From: an uncultured Acidobacteriaceae bacterium
Lineage (GTDB): Bacteria; Acidobacteriota; Terriglobia; Terriglobales; Acidobacteriaceae
Direction: 5' to 3'
NCBI GenBank assembly: GCA_963793885.1
Contig: CAWCBQ010000003.1
Coordinates: 974,456 to 1,038,455 of the forward strand
Length of the DNA stretch: 64,000 nt
Part shown: piece by piece, positions 1 to 10,440 of the stretch
How the letters are laid out: every line of letters begins with the position of its first letter
Position numbering within the stretch: the stretch's first letter is position 1
Translations under genes and position numbers: made by a program
Notes under the pieces: model-generated
Seen by the model: only the letters and a program-made list of their open reading frames with translations
What the model was told of the DNA's origin: nothing
Databases searched by the model: none

Positions 1-792
1 CACGCGGCTTCGCCCCGCGACAGCATGCCTCTGGTCGCCGTGAACGCCGGCGGACTGCCCGAGGGAACCTTTGAGAGCGAGATCTTCGGACACGTGAAGG
101 GAGCGTTCACCGATGCGCGCTCCGACCGCATCGGCCGCTTTGAGCTGGCCAACGGGGGCACGCTGTTTCTCGACGAGATCGCCAACGTTCCGCTGCGCCA
201 GCAGGCCAAGCTGCTGCGCGTGCTCGAGACGGGCGAATTGGAGCGCGTAGGCTCCTCGCACACGCGGCGCGTGGATGTGCGTTTGCTTTGCGCCACCAAC
301 GCCCAGCTGCACGAAGAGGCCAAATTGGGCAACTTTCGTGAGGATCTTCTTTTCCGCATCAACACGGTAGAGATTCATGTGCCTGCGCTGCGCGACCGGC
401 GTGAAGACATTCCTCTTCTGGCGCAGCATTTTCTGGCTCGCAACCGGACTCGCTACCGCAAGCAGGTGGAAGAATTCTCTCCAGCCGCCATGCAGCAATT
501 GATGCAGTATCCGTGGCCAGGCAATGTGCGCGAGTTGGAGCACGCCGTGGAGCGGGCAGTCCTGCTCAGCCATGGCGAGGAGGTGGAGCCGTCGGACCTG
601 GGGCTGGCCGGCATGCGGCCGGCCGCGCCGCCGCTTGAGATCATGAGCGACAGCATGAGTATCGATGAGGTGGAATCCCTGCTCATCCGGAAAGTTCTTC
701 GCCGTTGCAACGGTAATGTTTCGCAGGCCGCCGAGGCACTCGGACTCAGCCGGGCGGCGCTCTATCGCCGCATCCAAAAATATGGCTTTTGA
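1..792 (+). CDS. sigma-54-dependent response regulator (NtrC family), 5'-truncated by the window edge
   Basis: Frame 1 is open from base 1. Translation has the AAA+ sigma-54 activator core (ESEIFGHVKGAFTDA, GTLFLDEI, FREDLLFRIN, PALRDRREDI) and a C-terminal Fis-type HTH (GNVSQAAEALGLSRAALYRRIQKYG). Confidence 0.9.
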   Translation, partial: HAASPRDSMPLVAVNAGGLPEGTFESEIFGHVKGAFTDARSDRIGRFELANGGTLFLDEIANVPLRQQAKLLRVLETGELERVGSSHTRRVDVRLLCATNAQLHEEAKLGNFREDLLFRINTVEIHVPALRDRREDIPLLAQHFLARNRTRYRKQVEEFSPAAMQQLMQYPWPGNVRELEHAVERAVLLSHGEEVEPSDLGLAGMRPAAPPLEIMSDSMSIDEVESLLIRKVLRRCNGNVSQAAEALGLSRAALYRRIQKYGF

Positions 793-2125
793 ACGCGGCA
801 CGCGCAACCGAAAACGCTCGGCGCTCCGTCGAGCGTGGCTCTATTGCCTGTTCCTTGCGCTCCCCGCGCTGATATTCACCGCTGTGTTTGTTTACCTGCG
901 CGTGCTCTCCTCTGAGGCCGCGCTTCTGCTCGTTGCCTGCCTGCTGATTTACGTCGCGCTGGTGGCCTCTTCTCTCATCGAGGGACTCATCCGTCCGCTG
1001 CAGACTCTCTCCAATGTGGTGGCGTCGCTGCGTGAAGGCGACTATTCTTTCCGTGCTCGCGGCGCCGGCGCACAGGATGCACTTGGCGAATTAGCGGCAG
1101 AGGTGAATGCCCTGGCCGATCTGCTTCAGAAGCAGCGAGTACATTCACTCGAGTCCACCGCCCTGCTGGCTCGCATTCTCGAAGTAATGAACGCGCCGCT
1201 GTTCGCCTTCGATCGCGAGAACCGGCTGCAGCTGGTGAACGACGCCGGCCTGAAGTTGCTGGCCCTGCCCCATGCGCGCTGCTTCGGGAGCAGCGCGCGC
1301 GAACTGGGACTGGAAGATCTGCTGATTGAGCCGGATCAGACGATCCACTCGTTTGCTTCAAAACCCACGCGCTGGTTGCTTCGCAAGGCGGTCTTCCGCC
1401 AGGACGGTTTGCCGCACACACTGCTGCTGCTGGCGGATGTGAGCCTGCCCTTGAAGCAAGAAGAGCAAGCCGCATGGAAGCGCCTGATTCGCGTTCTGGG
1501 ACACGAGCTTTCGAATTCGCTTGCGCCCATCAAGTCGATTGCCGGGAGCTTGCTGGCCCGCGTGAGCAGTCTGCCCGGTGACGATGCCGCAGTGCACGAC
1601 TTTAGGCGCGGCCTGGGCGTGGTGGAGAGCCGCGCCGATGCATTGCACCGCTTCGTACAATCGTATCGCCGGCTTGCCCAGCTACCTCCGCCACAGCTTC
1701 GTCCGGTTGGGCTTGCTCCCCTGATGGAGCGAGTGGTGCTGCTGGAGCAGCGCATGGAGGTGCAGCTGGATGCGGGCCCGGCGGTCACGGTCAACGCCGA
1801 TCCCGATCAGTTGGAACAGATGTTGATCAACCTGCTGGCCAACGCCGTAGACGCCTCGCTGGCCAACGGCGCGCTGCCCGTGCGCGCAAGCTGGACGCTG
1901 GCGGGCTCGATCGTACAAGTGCTGATTGAGGACCGGGGCCTGGGCATCGCCAATGTCGAAAATTTGTTTGTTCCTTTTTACACGACCAAGCGAACTGGGA
2001 GCGGTGTGGGGCTGGCACTTGCCCAACAGATCGCTCGCGCTCATGGCGGCGAAGTTCAGCTCGACAACCGCGAAGATGGTGGGGGTGCCCGGGCCACCGT
2101 GCGACTGCCCGTGGCGCGGCCATAG
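782..2125 (+). CDS. sensor histidine kinase (2 TM + HAMP + HisKA + HATPase_c)
   Basis: ATG at 782 overlaps the regulator stop (ATGGCTTTTGA). TM-rich N-terminus, H-box (LGHELSNSLAPIKS), N/G boxes (LINLLANAVDA, DRGLGI, GSGVGLALA). The ORF track starts upstream at 665, inside the regulator gene. Confidence 0.85.
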   Translation: MAFERGTRNRKRSALRRAWLYCLFLALPALIFTAVFVYLRVLSSEAALLLVACLLIYVALVASSLIEGLIRPLQTLSNVVASLREGDYSFRARGAGAQDALGELAAEVNALADLLQKQRVHSLESTALLARILEVMNAPLFAFDRENRLQLVNDAGLKLLALPHARCFGSSARELGLEDLLIEPDQTIHSFASKPTRWLLRKAVFRQDGLPHTLLLLADVSLPLKQEEQAAWKRLIRVLGHELSNSLAPIKSIAGSLLARVSSLPGDDAAVHDFRRGLGVVESRADALHRFVQSYRRLAQLPPPQLRPVGLAPLMERVVLLEQRMEVQLDAGPAVTVNADPDQLEQMLINLLANAVDASLANGALPVRASWTLAGSIVQVLIEDRGLGIANVENLFVPFYTTKRTGSGVGLALAQQIARAHGGEVQLDNREDGGGARATVRLPVARP

Positions 2126-2216
2126 TCTCCCTATTTTTTGCGGGGCCTTCGGCGCCGATATTCAATTCCCTTTCTGCCCCATCAAATTGCCGGCTCAATA
2201 CCGCCTCAATCTCTCC

Positions 2217-2245
2217 TTGACGCACTAGGAGAGATGAGCTATGCT
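2217..2245 (+). promoter_or_regulatory. putative sigma-70-type promoter for the PadR-permease operon
   Basis: TTGACG (2217-2222), 17 nt spacer, TATGCT (2240-2245). It is followed by GAGGAG (2261-2266) ahead of the ATG at 2274. Pattern match only. Confidence 0.3.
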
Positions 2246-2273
2246 CTTTCCTAGATTATCGAGGAGAAGCTGG

Positions 2274-2630
2274 ATGGCTAGAGATAGACATGAAAAGCAG
2301 GCTGACTTGCTGCAAGGAACCCTGGACCTGCTGATCTTAAAGGCGGTGTCGCTTGGTCACTTGCACGGCTACGGCGTCCTTTTGCGCATTCAGCAGCTTT
2401 CAGGCGAGGAGTTGGCGATCCAGCAGGGATCGTTATATCCCGCGCTCTACCGGCTGGAGCATCAAGGTGTAATGGCCAGCGAGTGGGGTGAGAGCGAGAA
2501 CAACCGGAGAGCCAAATACTACAAGCTCACCCGCGCCGGCCGCGAGCGGCTGGCCGGCGAAACCGAAAAGTGGAACCGGATGGCCGGGATCATCGGAAGC
2601 ATTTTGCGCGCGACGCCGGAGAGAGCATGA
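2274..2630 (+). CDS. PadR family transcriptional regulator
   Basis: LLQGTLDLLILKAV...HGYGV...GSLYPALYRLEHQGV...AKYYKLTRAGRE is the PadR winged-helix signature. The track ORF starts at 2241. I prefer ATG 2274 because of the RBS and promoter geometry. Confidence 0.85.
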   Translation: MARDRHEKQADLLQGTLDLLILKAVSLGHLHGYGVLLRIQQLSGEELAIQQGSLYPALYRLEHQGVMASEWGESENNRRAKYYKLTRAGRERLAGETEKWNRMAGIIGSILRATPERA

Positions 2631-5407
2631 GCCTGCGATCATTCATCGGCCGCGTTATTTCGCCACTGCGCTCGTGGTTCCGCGCGGTTTTTCACCGCAG
2701 CGACCTGGAGGAGCGGATGGAGGCGGAGCTAGCTTGCCATCTTGAGGCCCTCATCAATGACCAGCTTCAATCCGGCGTTTCTCCTGAAGAGGCCGCGCGG
2801 CGCGCGCGAATCGCACTTGGACCCATGCTGAAGCACAAGGAGGAGATGCGCGCATCCCTTGGCCTCGAATGGTGGGATCAGCTCTGGGCCGACGTACGCT
2901 ACGCGCTGCGGCTGCTCCGCAAGAGCCCGGCGTTCACTGCAATTGCCGTCGGATCACTGGCATTGGGGATCGGCGCGAATACGGCGATCTTCACCGCGGC
3001 GCAACACATGCTGCTCGACCGGCTGAATGTCGCGCATCCCGAGCAGTTGCGGATGTTCTACCTGAATGAGCCTCGCGACAGCGTCGTGAACGAGAAGTGG
3101 GGGTGGTGGGATGACCTGCCAGGGGGTGAGCACGTCTCCACATCGTTTACCTATCCGGTGTATGAACAGTTGCGGCGTCAAAATCATGCGCTGGCCGACG
3201 TGATGGCATTCAAGCCTTACGGGCGCATGACCGTGACGATTCGCGGCGTGGCTGAAGCGACAGAAGCTGAGATGGTGTCGGGCAACTACTACTCGATGCT
3301 GGGAGTGGAGCCGCAGATCGGACGCGGCATTCAAGAATCGGACGATGGGGAGGAAGGAAGCGGGCCTGTGGTGACGATCAGCGACAGGCTCTGGACGCAG
3401 CGTTTTGGGCGATCGCCGAGTGTGATTGGGACCGTCATCCAGGTGAACGCGACGCCCATGACGGTGGTGGGCGTGAATCCGCGGGGATTCACAGGCGCGT
3501 ACTCCGCGCAGGGTTCGCCAGACGTTTTTCTGCCGTTCAGCATGCAGCCTATTGTGGCGCCGCAGGACCTTGAGCCGTCGCAGTCGCCGTCTTTGCTAAC
3601 AGACAAGAACCTGTGGTGGGTCCTGGTGATGGGACGCACCAAGCAGGGCGTCCCCGCTGCCACAGCCGAGGCATCGCTCAATGTGGCGCTGAACGCCGCG
3701 GTGCATGCCACGTTTCCCGTGAAGAACGACAGCCAGATTCCCCGACTGATGCTGCGCGATGGAAGCCGAGGCCAAAATCCGAACGCCGAAGGCTTCGAGA
3801 AGCCTATCTATGTGTTGATGGCGCTTGCGGGCCTGGTGTTATTGCTGGCCTGCGCGAATCTGGCCAACCTGCTGCTGGCGCGAGCAGACGCGCGAAAGCG
3901 AGAGACCAGCCTGCGGCTCGCCCTGGGCGCGGGCCTGGGGCGCATTGTGCGCCAGATGATGGTGGAGAGCCTGCTGCTCTCGCTGACGGGCGGGACATGC
4001 GGATTGGTGCTGGCATGGATGGTGCGGAACTCCATTCCAAAGCTGCTATCGAATGGATGGGCTCCGCCGGCATTCTCGGCAATATTCAGCTGGCCGATTT
4101 TCGCGTTCGCAGCGGCCGTATCGATCCTGACGGGCATCGTTTTTGGGCTGACTCCTGCGTGGCAGGCGACGCGTGTGCAGGTTAGTTCAAACCTGAAAAG
4201 CGGCGCGCAGACGATTACGCATCGGCGCAGGGGCCTGGCGGGCAAAGCCATTGTGATCGTGCAAGTGGCGCTTTCGATCATGCTTGTGGTGGGAGCGGGA
4301 CTGTTTATGCGGACGCTGATGCAACTTGACCGAACCCCACTCGGCTTTCGTTCGCACAATCTGGTGCTATTCGACGTGGAACTGCCGGAGAAGCTTTACC
4401 CAGAGGCAGCCAGCACGACGCTGTTGCAGCGGCTGGAAGAAAGACTTTCTTCCGTTCCGGGAGTGCAGAATATGACACTGACGAATCTGCCGCTGATTTC
4501 TGGTTCTGCGAGCAACACGACCTTTATTCCCGAAGGGCAGCAGAGAAGAGCGGAGGGAAACCCAAGCGCACTGGTGAACAGCGTGGGAGCACACTTCTTT
4601 GAGACTTTCGGCATTCCCATCGTGGCCGGGCGCGCGTTCGACGCGAGGGACAGCCAGAGTTCAAGAAAAGTGGCAGTGGTGAATGAGAGTCTCGCAAGGA
4701 CGTTCTTCCCGAAGGTGAATCCGATTGGCCGAACATTCGAGACAGGAGGGAGCCACCCCGTCACCAACGAAATCGTAGGCGTGTGCGGGGACGCGAAGTA
4801 CTATCGCGTTCGCAAAAGCGTGGAGCCCACGTTTTACACGCCGTATTGGCAGCAGGGCGATGGCATGCACTACGCGACTTTCGCGATCTCAACCAGGCTG
4901 GACGCTCAGGCTCTTGTGCCGTCGCTGCGGGACGCGATGCGGCAGGTTGATCCTAATTTGCCGATGCTCGACCTGCGCACGCAGGACGAGCAGATCGCGG
5001 CCAATCTGCGGCAGGAGCGGATCTTTGCAACGCTCACCAGCGGATTTGGCCTGTTGGCGCTGGTGCTGGCCTGCGTGGGTATCTACGGCATCATGTCGTA
5101 CGCAGTGGTGCAGCGGACAAGGGAGATCGGCGTTCGGCTGGCGTTGGGTGCAATCCCAAGACAGGTTTGGGCGATGGTGTTGCGCGAGGCCTCCTGGATT
5201 TCGATTACGGGAATTGCGATTGGGCTCGGCGCAGCTTTCCTGCTGGCGCGCCTTATCCGGTCGATGCTCTACGGTGTGACGGCATATGACCCTATCACGC
5301 TCTCTGGCGCGGCGCTGCTATTGCTGATTGTTGCAATGGGAGCAAGCTGGATCCCGGCTCGCCGCGCGGCAAGCGTTCAGCCCGTGGAGGCGCTGCGACA
5401 CGAGTAA
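2627..5407 (+). CDS. ADOP-type (acidobacterial duplicated orphan permease) MacB/FtsX-like permease
   Basis: ATG 2627 overlaps the PadR stop (ATGA). About 926 aa with two MacB-like periplasmic domains and two FtsX 4-TM modules (C-terminal LYGVTAYDPITL..., ARRAASVQPVEALRHE). No ATPase partner is adjacent. Confidence 0.85.
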   Translation: MSLRSFIGRVISPLRSWFRAVFHRSDLEERMEAELACHLEALINDQLQSGVSPEEAARRARIALGPMLKHKEEMRASLGLEWWDQLWADVRYALRLLRKSPAFTAIAVGSLALGIGANTAIFTAAQHMLLDRLNVAHPEQLRMFYLNEPRDSVVNEKWGWWDDLPGGEHVSTSFTYPVYEQLRRQNHALADVMAFKPYGRMTVTIRGVAEATEAEMVSGNYYSMLGVEPQIGRGIQESDDGEEGSGPVVTISDRLWTQRFGRSPSVIGTVIQVNATPMTVVGVNPRGFTGAYSAQGSPDVFLPFSMQPIVAPQDLEPSQSPSLLTDKNLWWVLVMGRTKQGVPAATAEASLNVALNAAVHATFPVKNDSQIPRLMLRDGSRGQNPNAEGFEKPIYVLMALAGLVLLLACANLANLLLARADARKRETSLRLALGAGLGRIVRQMMVESLLLSLTGGTCGLVLAWMVRNSIPKLLSNGWAPPAFSAIFSWPIFAFAAAVSILTGIVFGLTPAWQATRVQVSSNLKSGAQTITHRRRGLAGKAIVIVQVALSIMLVVGAGLFMRTLMQLDRTPLGFRSHNLVLFDVELPEKLYPEAASTTLLQRLEERLSSVPGVQNMTLTNLPLISGSASNTTFIPEGQQRRAEGNPSALVNSVGAHFFETFGIPIVAGRAFDARDSQSSRKVAVVNESLARTFFPKVNPIGRTFETGGSHPVTNEIVGVCGDAKYYRVRKSVEPTFYTPYWQQGDGMHYATFAISTRLDAQALVPSLRDAMRQVDPNLPMLDLRTQDEQIAANLRQERIFATLTSGFGLLALVLACVGIYGIMSYAVVQRTREIGVRLALGAIPRQVWAMVLREASWISITGIAIGLGAAFLLARLIRSMLYGVTAYDPITLSGAALLLLIVAMGASWIPARRAASVQPVEALRHE

Positions 5408-5470
5408 CGACGCGGTCTGGATGGCGAAAGAGCCGTTGCGTCCAAGTGGGCGAAATCTTGGCGCAATCGA

Positions 5471-6301
5471 TCAGGCCTGGGACGGCGGTGTGCGGTTTCC
5501 GATTGTCCGTGCGGCCTGGTCAGATTCGAGAAAGACGAGCCATGAAGGCTCGCGGGCAAGCACTTCTTCCAACTCCTGCTCGGTCAATACCATGCACGCG
5601 GTTGAGAGCGCGTCGGATTCAGCCGCCGTATCGGTGAGCGCCCAGGCGCGGTTTTGCCGCAAGGCAGGACGGCCAGTTCGCGGATCGATAATATGGCTTC
5701 CCTTCACCGCCAGGCCGGAGCCGCTCAACGAAGCATGCTGGAGAAAGAATCGTTGCGGAGCATGGTCGTCGCCCAGCCCGCAGGACCAACCGCCAGCATC
5801 TTTCGGCGGATCACCCGCGAGGATGCTGCTTCCTCCCGCGACCAGCAAGAACGAGAGACAATCCCATCCACACAGCAGATGCGCCATGCGGTCGAGCGCA
5901 AACCCCTTGCCAATGGCGCCCAAATCGAATTCCAGCCGGCCGCTCTCGCAACGAACGGAAAGCTCCTGCGACAGCAAACTCCACTGCGGCAAGGAGGCTT
6001 GTGTTCGCAAGGCAGCGGAGGTGAGGCAAAATGCGCCGCCGGTGGCCAGTTCCATCTTCTTGCCGACTTCGATGCACGCAAAGGCGGGCTCGCTTAGACG
6101 CATTTTTTCGCCGGGTTCGAGCCGTGCCAGTTGCGCAATGTCGCTGTTGGGGCGAAAGCGGCTTAACTGCGATTCCAGCCGATCGAGAAGATCGAGCGCA
6201 GCTTGCGCCGCCTGAACAGCATAGGTTCTTTCTTCATCGGCGATGCGCACCTCGAAGTACGTCGCCATGGCGCGATGGTTGAATTGATGAATGTCAGCCA
6301 T
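5471..6301 (-). CDS. apbE: FAD:protein FMN transferase (ApbE family)
   Basis: N-terminal RAMATYFEVRI, SRFRPNSDIAQL and the DLGAIGKGFALDR motif are typical of ApbE. It sits 6 nt downstream of the preceding gene. Confidence 0.8.
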   Translation of the reverse strand: MADIHQFNHRAMATYFEVRIADEERTYAVQAAQAALDLLDRLESQLSRFRPNSDIAQLARLEPGEKMRLSEPAFACIEVGKKMELATGGAFCLTSAALRTQASLPQWSLLSQELSVRCESGRLEFDLGAIGKGFALDRMAHLLCGWDCLSFLLVAGGSSILAGDPPKDAGGWSCGLGDDHAPQRFFLQHASLSGSGLAVKGSHIIDPRTGRPALRQNRAWALTDTAAESDALSTACMVLTEQELEEVLAREPSWLVFLESDQAARTIGNRTPPSQA

Positions 6302-6307
6302 ACGATC

Positions 6308-7810
6308 TCACTTCGGCATAGGGGACCAGAGAACGATCAGCTCGCCTGGGCGCACTCCGAAAAAATCGGGGTGAAGATTCTGCAATTGATTTCCATACTG
6401 CTCCGCGGCGTCGGTGGAGGTGATGTAAAAATCCGCATCTCCCGGTTGCTGGCCCGGCTGCCAGAATCCGACCTGGGAGTAGTGCCGCAGATACCAGGGC
6501 AACGGCCAGGGATCGCTCGCAATGACGTCAATGCGCGGCGCGGCGATTGCATTCTGATACGCCACAAGCTCGATCAGAGCAGGCAAGCCAAGCAGATCCT
6601 CCGAGGTTTGGGCATAGGCATACGGATTGGATTCTTCGGCTGGATGGACGAAGACGCGCTGCCGTGTATCGTGGCCAATCAAAACCGCGGCGACCGCTCC
6701 CACGAGGATGCACGAGACTCGAACAGCCCTTCGAAGAGCGGCATGCTGCGGCCGCAGGCGCCAGAACGAGTCGATCGCCAGACCGGCGAACAGGGCGATC
6801 GGCAGCCAGAGATTCAGAGCCAGCCACGGTGTCTTGTAGGGAATCAGGCTGTAGATTGCGGCAAGAAAGAGGGTGTAGAAGGCCAGGAATCCGTAGGGCG
6901 AAGGAGCGCGCTTTCTGGCGGTTTGGATGAAGCCGATGCAGGCCAAGGCGCAGATCATTCCGCCTGAGGCGCAGCCGGCGAGAAGGTGGGCATAATACCA
7001 GAAGGGCTTTTGATGGCCCTCGCCGCCTGCCCGGGCAATCAAGTTGGGGGCAGCATGCAGCAACCCGGCCAGCGCTTTCCAGTTACTGCCAAACCAGGTG
7101 AACAAAACCAGGTTCACGAGCAGAAAGACTAGAGCCGAGGCCACCGAAGCTTTCAGCGGCCACCAACCACCCGGACTTTTTCCGCGCAGATTCCAGAGCC
7201 AAAAGCAGAGAGCCGCGGCAAACAACGCCGAGAACTCAAGAACCGCGGTCTCCTTGCATGCGAGCATCAGCGCGGCGCACGCACCCGCCAGCACGGCCTG
7301 CGGAACGGAGCGGTTCCTCGATGCGCGCCAACCGGTCAAGATGAATCCAAACGTGGCGGCGGTAAAAAGGGACTCGTGGATGAAATATCGGTCGTAGTAG
7401 ACAGGCAGAGGAGCGAAGCGGCAAACAGCATCGCGGCGAGGAGGCAAGGCACGAAGCCGAAGATTTCAGCCGCCGCGCCAAAAAGCAGAATCGTAACCGT
7501 TCCGGCGAGAACCGTAGTCAGGCGCAGTTCTGATTCGGTCAGGTCAGAAAATGTTTTTGCACCTTGCAATTCTGGCCAGCGGAAGGGCAAGCGCGGCCAG
7601 CGCCGGACCGTGGCGGTCCTGCGGATCGTAGGTGAACGTTTGACCAGCCAGTAATTGACCAACGATATAAGCGTTGACGGCTTCATCGGTGTGCATGGGA
7701 CGCGCACCGAGTTGGGGCAGGCGGAGGGCCAGTCCGAAAAGCGCGACGAGGAGAAAAGCAGCCCAGCGAGTCCACAGCACGGAGGGACTCAGGCGGCTGG
7801 CTTGCCCCAC
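6308..7810 (-). pseudogene. GT-C fold membrane glycosyltransferase (ArnT/PMT-like, TIGR03663-like), 2 frameshifts
   Basis: The protein is only continuous if ORFs 7544-7810, 7336-7707 and 6308-7447 are joined (MHTDEAVNAY... / LQGAKTFSDLTESELRL...LLFGAAAEIFG / PLPVYYDRYFIHESLF...). Junctions are near 7570 and 7415. Confidence 0.6.
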
Positions 7811-8455
7811 ACTTCAACCTCAATGTAGTGGTTCAATTTGTTGGTCGTGTTCCCATTGCTGTACAAGCGGACATAGCGGCCCTGCACGCCATTGGCGTCG
7901 ATCAGCTTGCCCTGATAGGTCTCGATGTAATTCAGATCCTTGCCTGCGCCAAGGCCGAGTTCGTTGTGGAAGTCGTTGTTGAAGATGGTCGTCAACACCC
8001 TTGCTGAAGGTGGGATCATCGGAGACCTGCACGACAACATCGCGATAGACGCGCGCCTGCGAATGGAAGTGCCACACCAGAACGGCATAAATATTCGCTC
8101 GCCTGGCCAGATCGATCTGCACCCATTGCTTGCCCGGTCCAAGCTCGACCCAGGAACCTTCGTTGCCGTCCTTGTCCCCATCGACGATCATGTCCAGCGT
8201 ACCCACGTCGGGATCGTTGTCGCTGGAGGTGACTTTCTTGTCTCTGGCCAGATTAATGGTGCCCGCGGGGACATAAAAATCAGGGCGCTTGCCTCTGGTC
8301 GGGGGCTCAAGATTGGTGACATTGAGGGGCACCGGCGTACCCACAAACAGAGGCGGCGGCAGTTTGGTCTTCAAGACAACCTTGTCCTGGGCAAGGACAG
8401 CGGTGGCAACAAGCAGTACAGCCAGGCAGGGGAAATTTTTTGTCAGCATCTTCAT
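7789..8455 (-). pseudogene. secreted discoidin (F5/8 type C)-like domain protein, 1 frameshift
   Basis: Signal peptide MKMLTKNFPCLAVLLVATAVLAQ. The body (GKQWVQIDLARRANIYAVLVWHF...VVVQVSDDPTFSKGV) continues in ORF 7789-8181 (LTTIFNNDFHNELGLGAGKD...YVRLYSNGN...EVEVWGKP). Junction near 7995. Confidence 0.55.
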
Positions 8456-8462
8456 CCTTTTC

Positions 8463-9804
8463 TCAGGCTTTCACTTCTTCCGGTGTGATGACAAGGCGCG
8501 TCTGGGCGGCAATGGCCTCGTTGGCTTTATGGATCACGTATTCGCTGGTAAAAGCCTCATCGCCGGGGCAGTTCAATTTCGCCGTGCCGCGGATGGCATT
8601 GAAAAAGTTCTCCAGGTGCGGCTGATGGGGCGGCTTATTGAAGAACACCGGAATTTCATATTCCGCCAGTTGCGCCGTTTCCCGCACGTCCACTTTCGCC
8701 GCGTCGTCGGCCGAGGCCTGCTTTGGGGCGAACGTAGCCTTTATCGGCCAGATCGTCCCATGAGACGGCAGTGGCGCGCGCTTCCCGATAAATCGCGCAA
8801 ATGGATGGGTCTTCCGACATCTTGATGGTGCCGTCGTCGCCCATGAACATTTCAAAGTAGCCGCCGCCGGCGCTGGTGGTCGTCTGCACCTGGTAGAAGG
8901 CCCTCGCCACGCCCTCGGCCATCGGATACTCGTAGATGACCATGGCGTTGTCATACCAGTCATGGTTCTTGTAGTAGTCGAGGCCGCCGCTGGCGATGAC
9001 GGACTTGGGCGTGCCCATCCACCAGTTGAAAATGTCGATCTGATGCGCGCCGAGATCGGACAACGGGCCGCCGCCAAGTCCCTTGAACCAGCGCCAGTTG
9101 CGGAACTGGTGCATGTCCTTGTAGCCGTATTTGGCCAGCAGACTCGCGGGCATCTCGTATTTCTTGGGCCAGCCGAAGTCTTCCTTGACCGCGCGGTTCC
9201 ATTGCGCCTGCGCTGCCGTCAGGCGGCCGCAGAACTGCGCCTCATGCAGCAAGCGGTTCAGCGTAAACAGATAACGCGGGTTGCTGCGGCGCTGATGACC
9301 GATCTGCAACAGCTTTCCGGTCTCGCGCATGGTCTGCACCATGGAGCGCGCGCCATCAATGGTGTTGCTCATCATCTTTTCGCAATACACATGAAGGCCG
9401 GCCTTCAGGCATGTGTTGGTCATCGGCGCATGGCAGAAATCCGGAGTGGCGATCACCACCGCCTGCAGGTCTTTTTCCTTGGCCAGCAGGTCTTCATAAT
9501 TTTCGTAGGCGCGGACCTCATTGCCGAGCTTGCCGAGGTAGCGCGCGCCCTCGTTACGGTGGTAATCCCAGATATCGCAGAGCGCCACAAGCCTGACGCC
9601 CTCGATATTCAGCAGCGATTCGAGCAGCACCTTGCCTTCTTCGCCGTACCCGATGAGAGCGATGTTGATGGTGTTCAGCGAAGAGGTTTTGGCAGCCGCC
9701 GCTTTTTGGCCGGAATCGGACTTGCAGGCGTTCAACAGCAAGCCGGCGCCGGCGACGGCAGTCGTGCTGATGAATTCGCGACGATTCAGGAAGGGATCTA
9801 CCAT
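8463..9804 (-). pseudogene. Tat-signal Gfo/Idh/MocA family oxidoreductase, 1 frameshift
   Basis: NRREFISTTAVAGAGLLL Tat-like leader, Rossmann IALIGYGEEGK, ATPDFCHAP, CEKM. The C-terminus continues in ORF 8463-9077 (ATFAPKQASADD...PHLENFFNAIRG...). Junction near 8741 (gat aaa ggc versus the expected gat aag gct). Confidence 0.7.
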
Positions 9805-10340
9805 TTTTTAAGAACCACAAATCGGTTGTATTCGGCGAGCATGAAAGCCGCGGCGACCAGGCCGACATGGATGCCCAGCCAGGCCACGCCGTCATTCTGG
9901 TCGATCAGAACCAGGCCGACCGTCAGCGCGATATAAATCAACGCCTGTGCAAGAAGCGACAACGCGCGTGCCCAGGCCGATCAGGAGCATGATGCCGGTG
10001 AGAATAAATGCCGGCCCGAGCATGCGGTCGAAGGCCACCAATGCGAATTTCGGCAGCAGCGGCTCATGGGCGAACTTGTCTCGAAGCGCGGTGGACATGC
10101 CGGCGTAATTGGCCAGCGCATAGGACTTGATGTTCACGTTGACCATCACGCCGCTGGCATCGGGCTGGCCGGTCGCAGGATCGATGAGCGGCATCGCCAC
10201 GGATTGATAGGCGCCAAATTTCTCAATGCCCACAAACAGGGCGCGCACGCCGAGCCAAAGGCGCAAAACCAGAAAGGCAAAGGTAAAATCCCAACTGGCT
10301 TTCGGGACAACTCCAGCTTTGTTGCGGTAGAATCAGTCAT
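9798..10340 (-). pseudogene. DoxX-like small integral membrane protein, 2 frameshifts
   Basis: MTDSTATK... (10340 frame) joins FTFAFLVLRLWLGVRALFVGIEKF... (10266 frame). That joins LSLLAQALIYIALTVGLVLIDQNDGVAWLGIHVGLVAAAFMLAEYNRFVVLKKW, ending at TAG 9798-9800, which overlaps the ATG of the downstream oxidoreductase. The last segment is not in the ORF track. Family assignment is tentative. Confidence 0.4.
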
Positions 10341-10440
10341 GTGTTCCCGGTCGATGCACAGGTTCAGCCGTGGATCCCTTGAAAGACTCCCGCAGACAAC
10401 TTGCGGGAATAATCAAAAGATCCGCGATCAATAAATGCGT

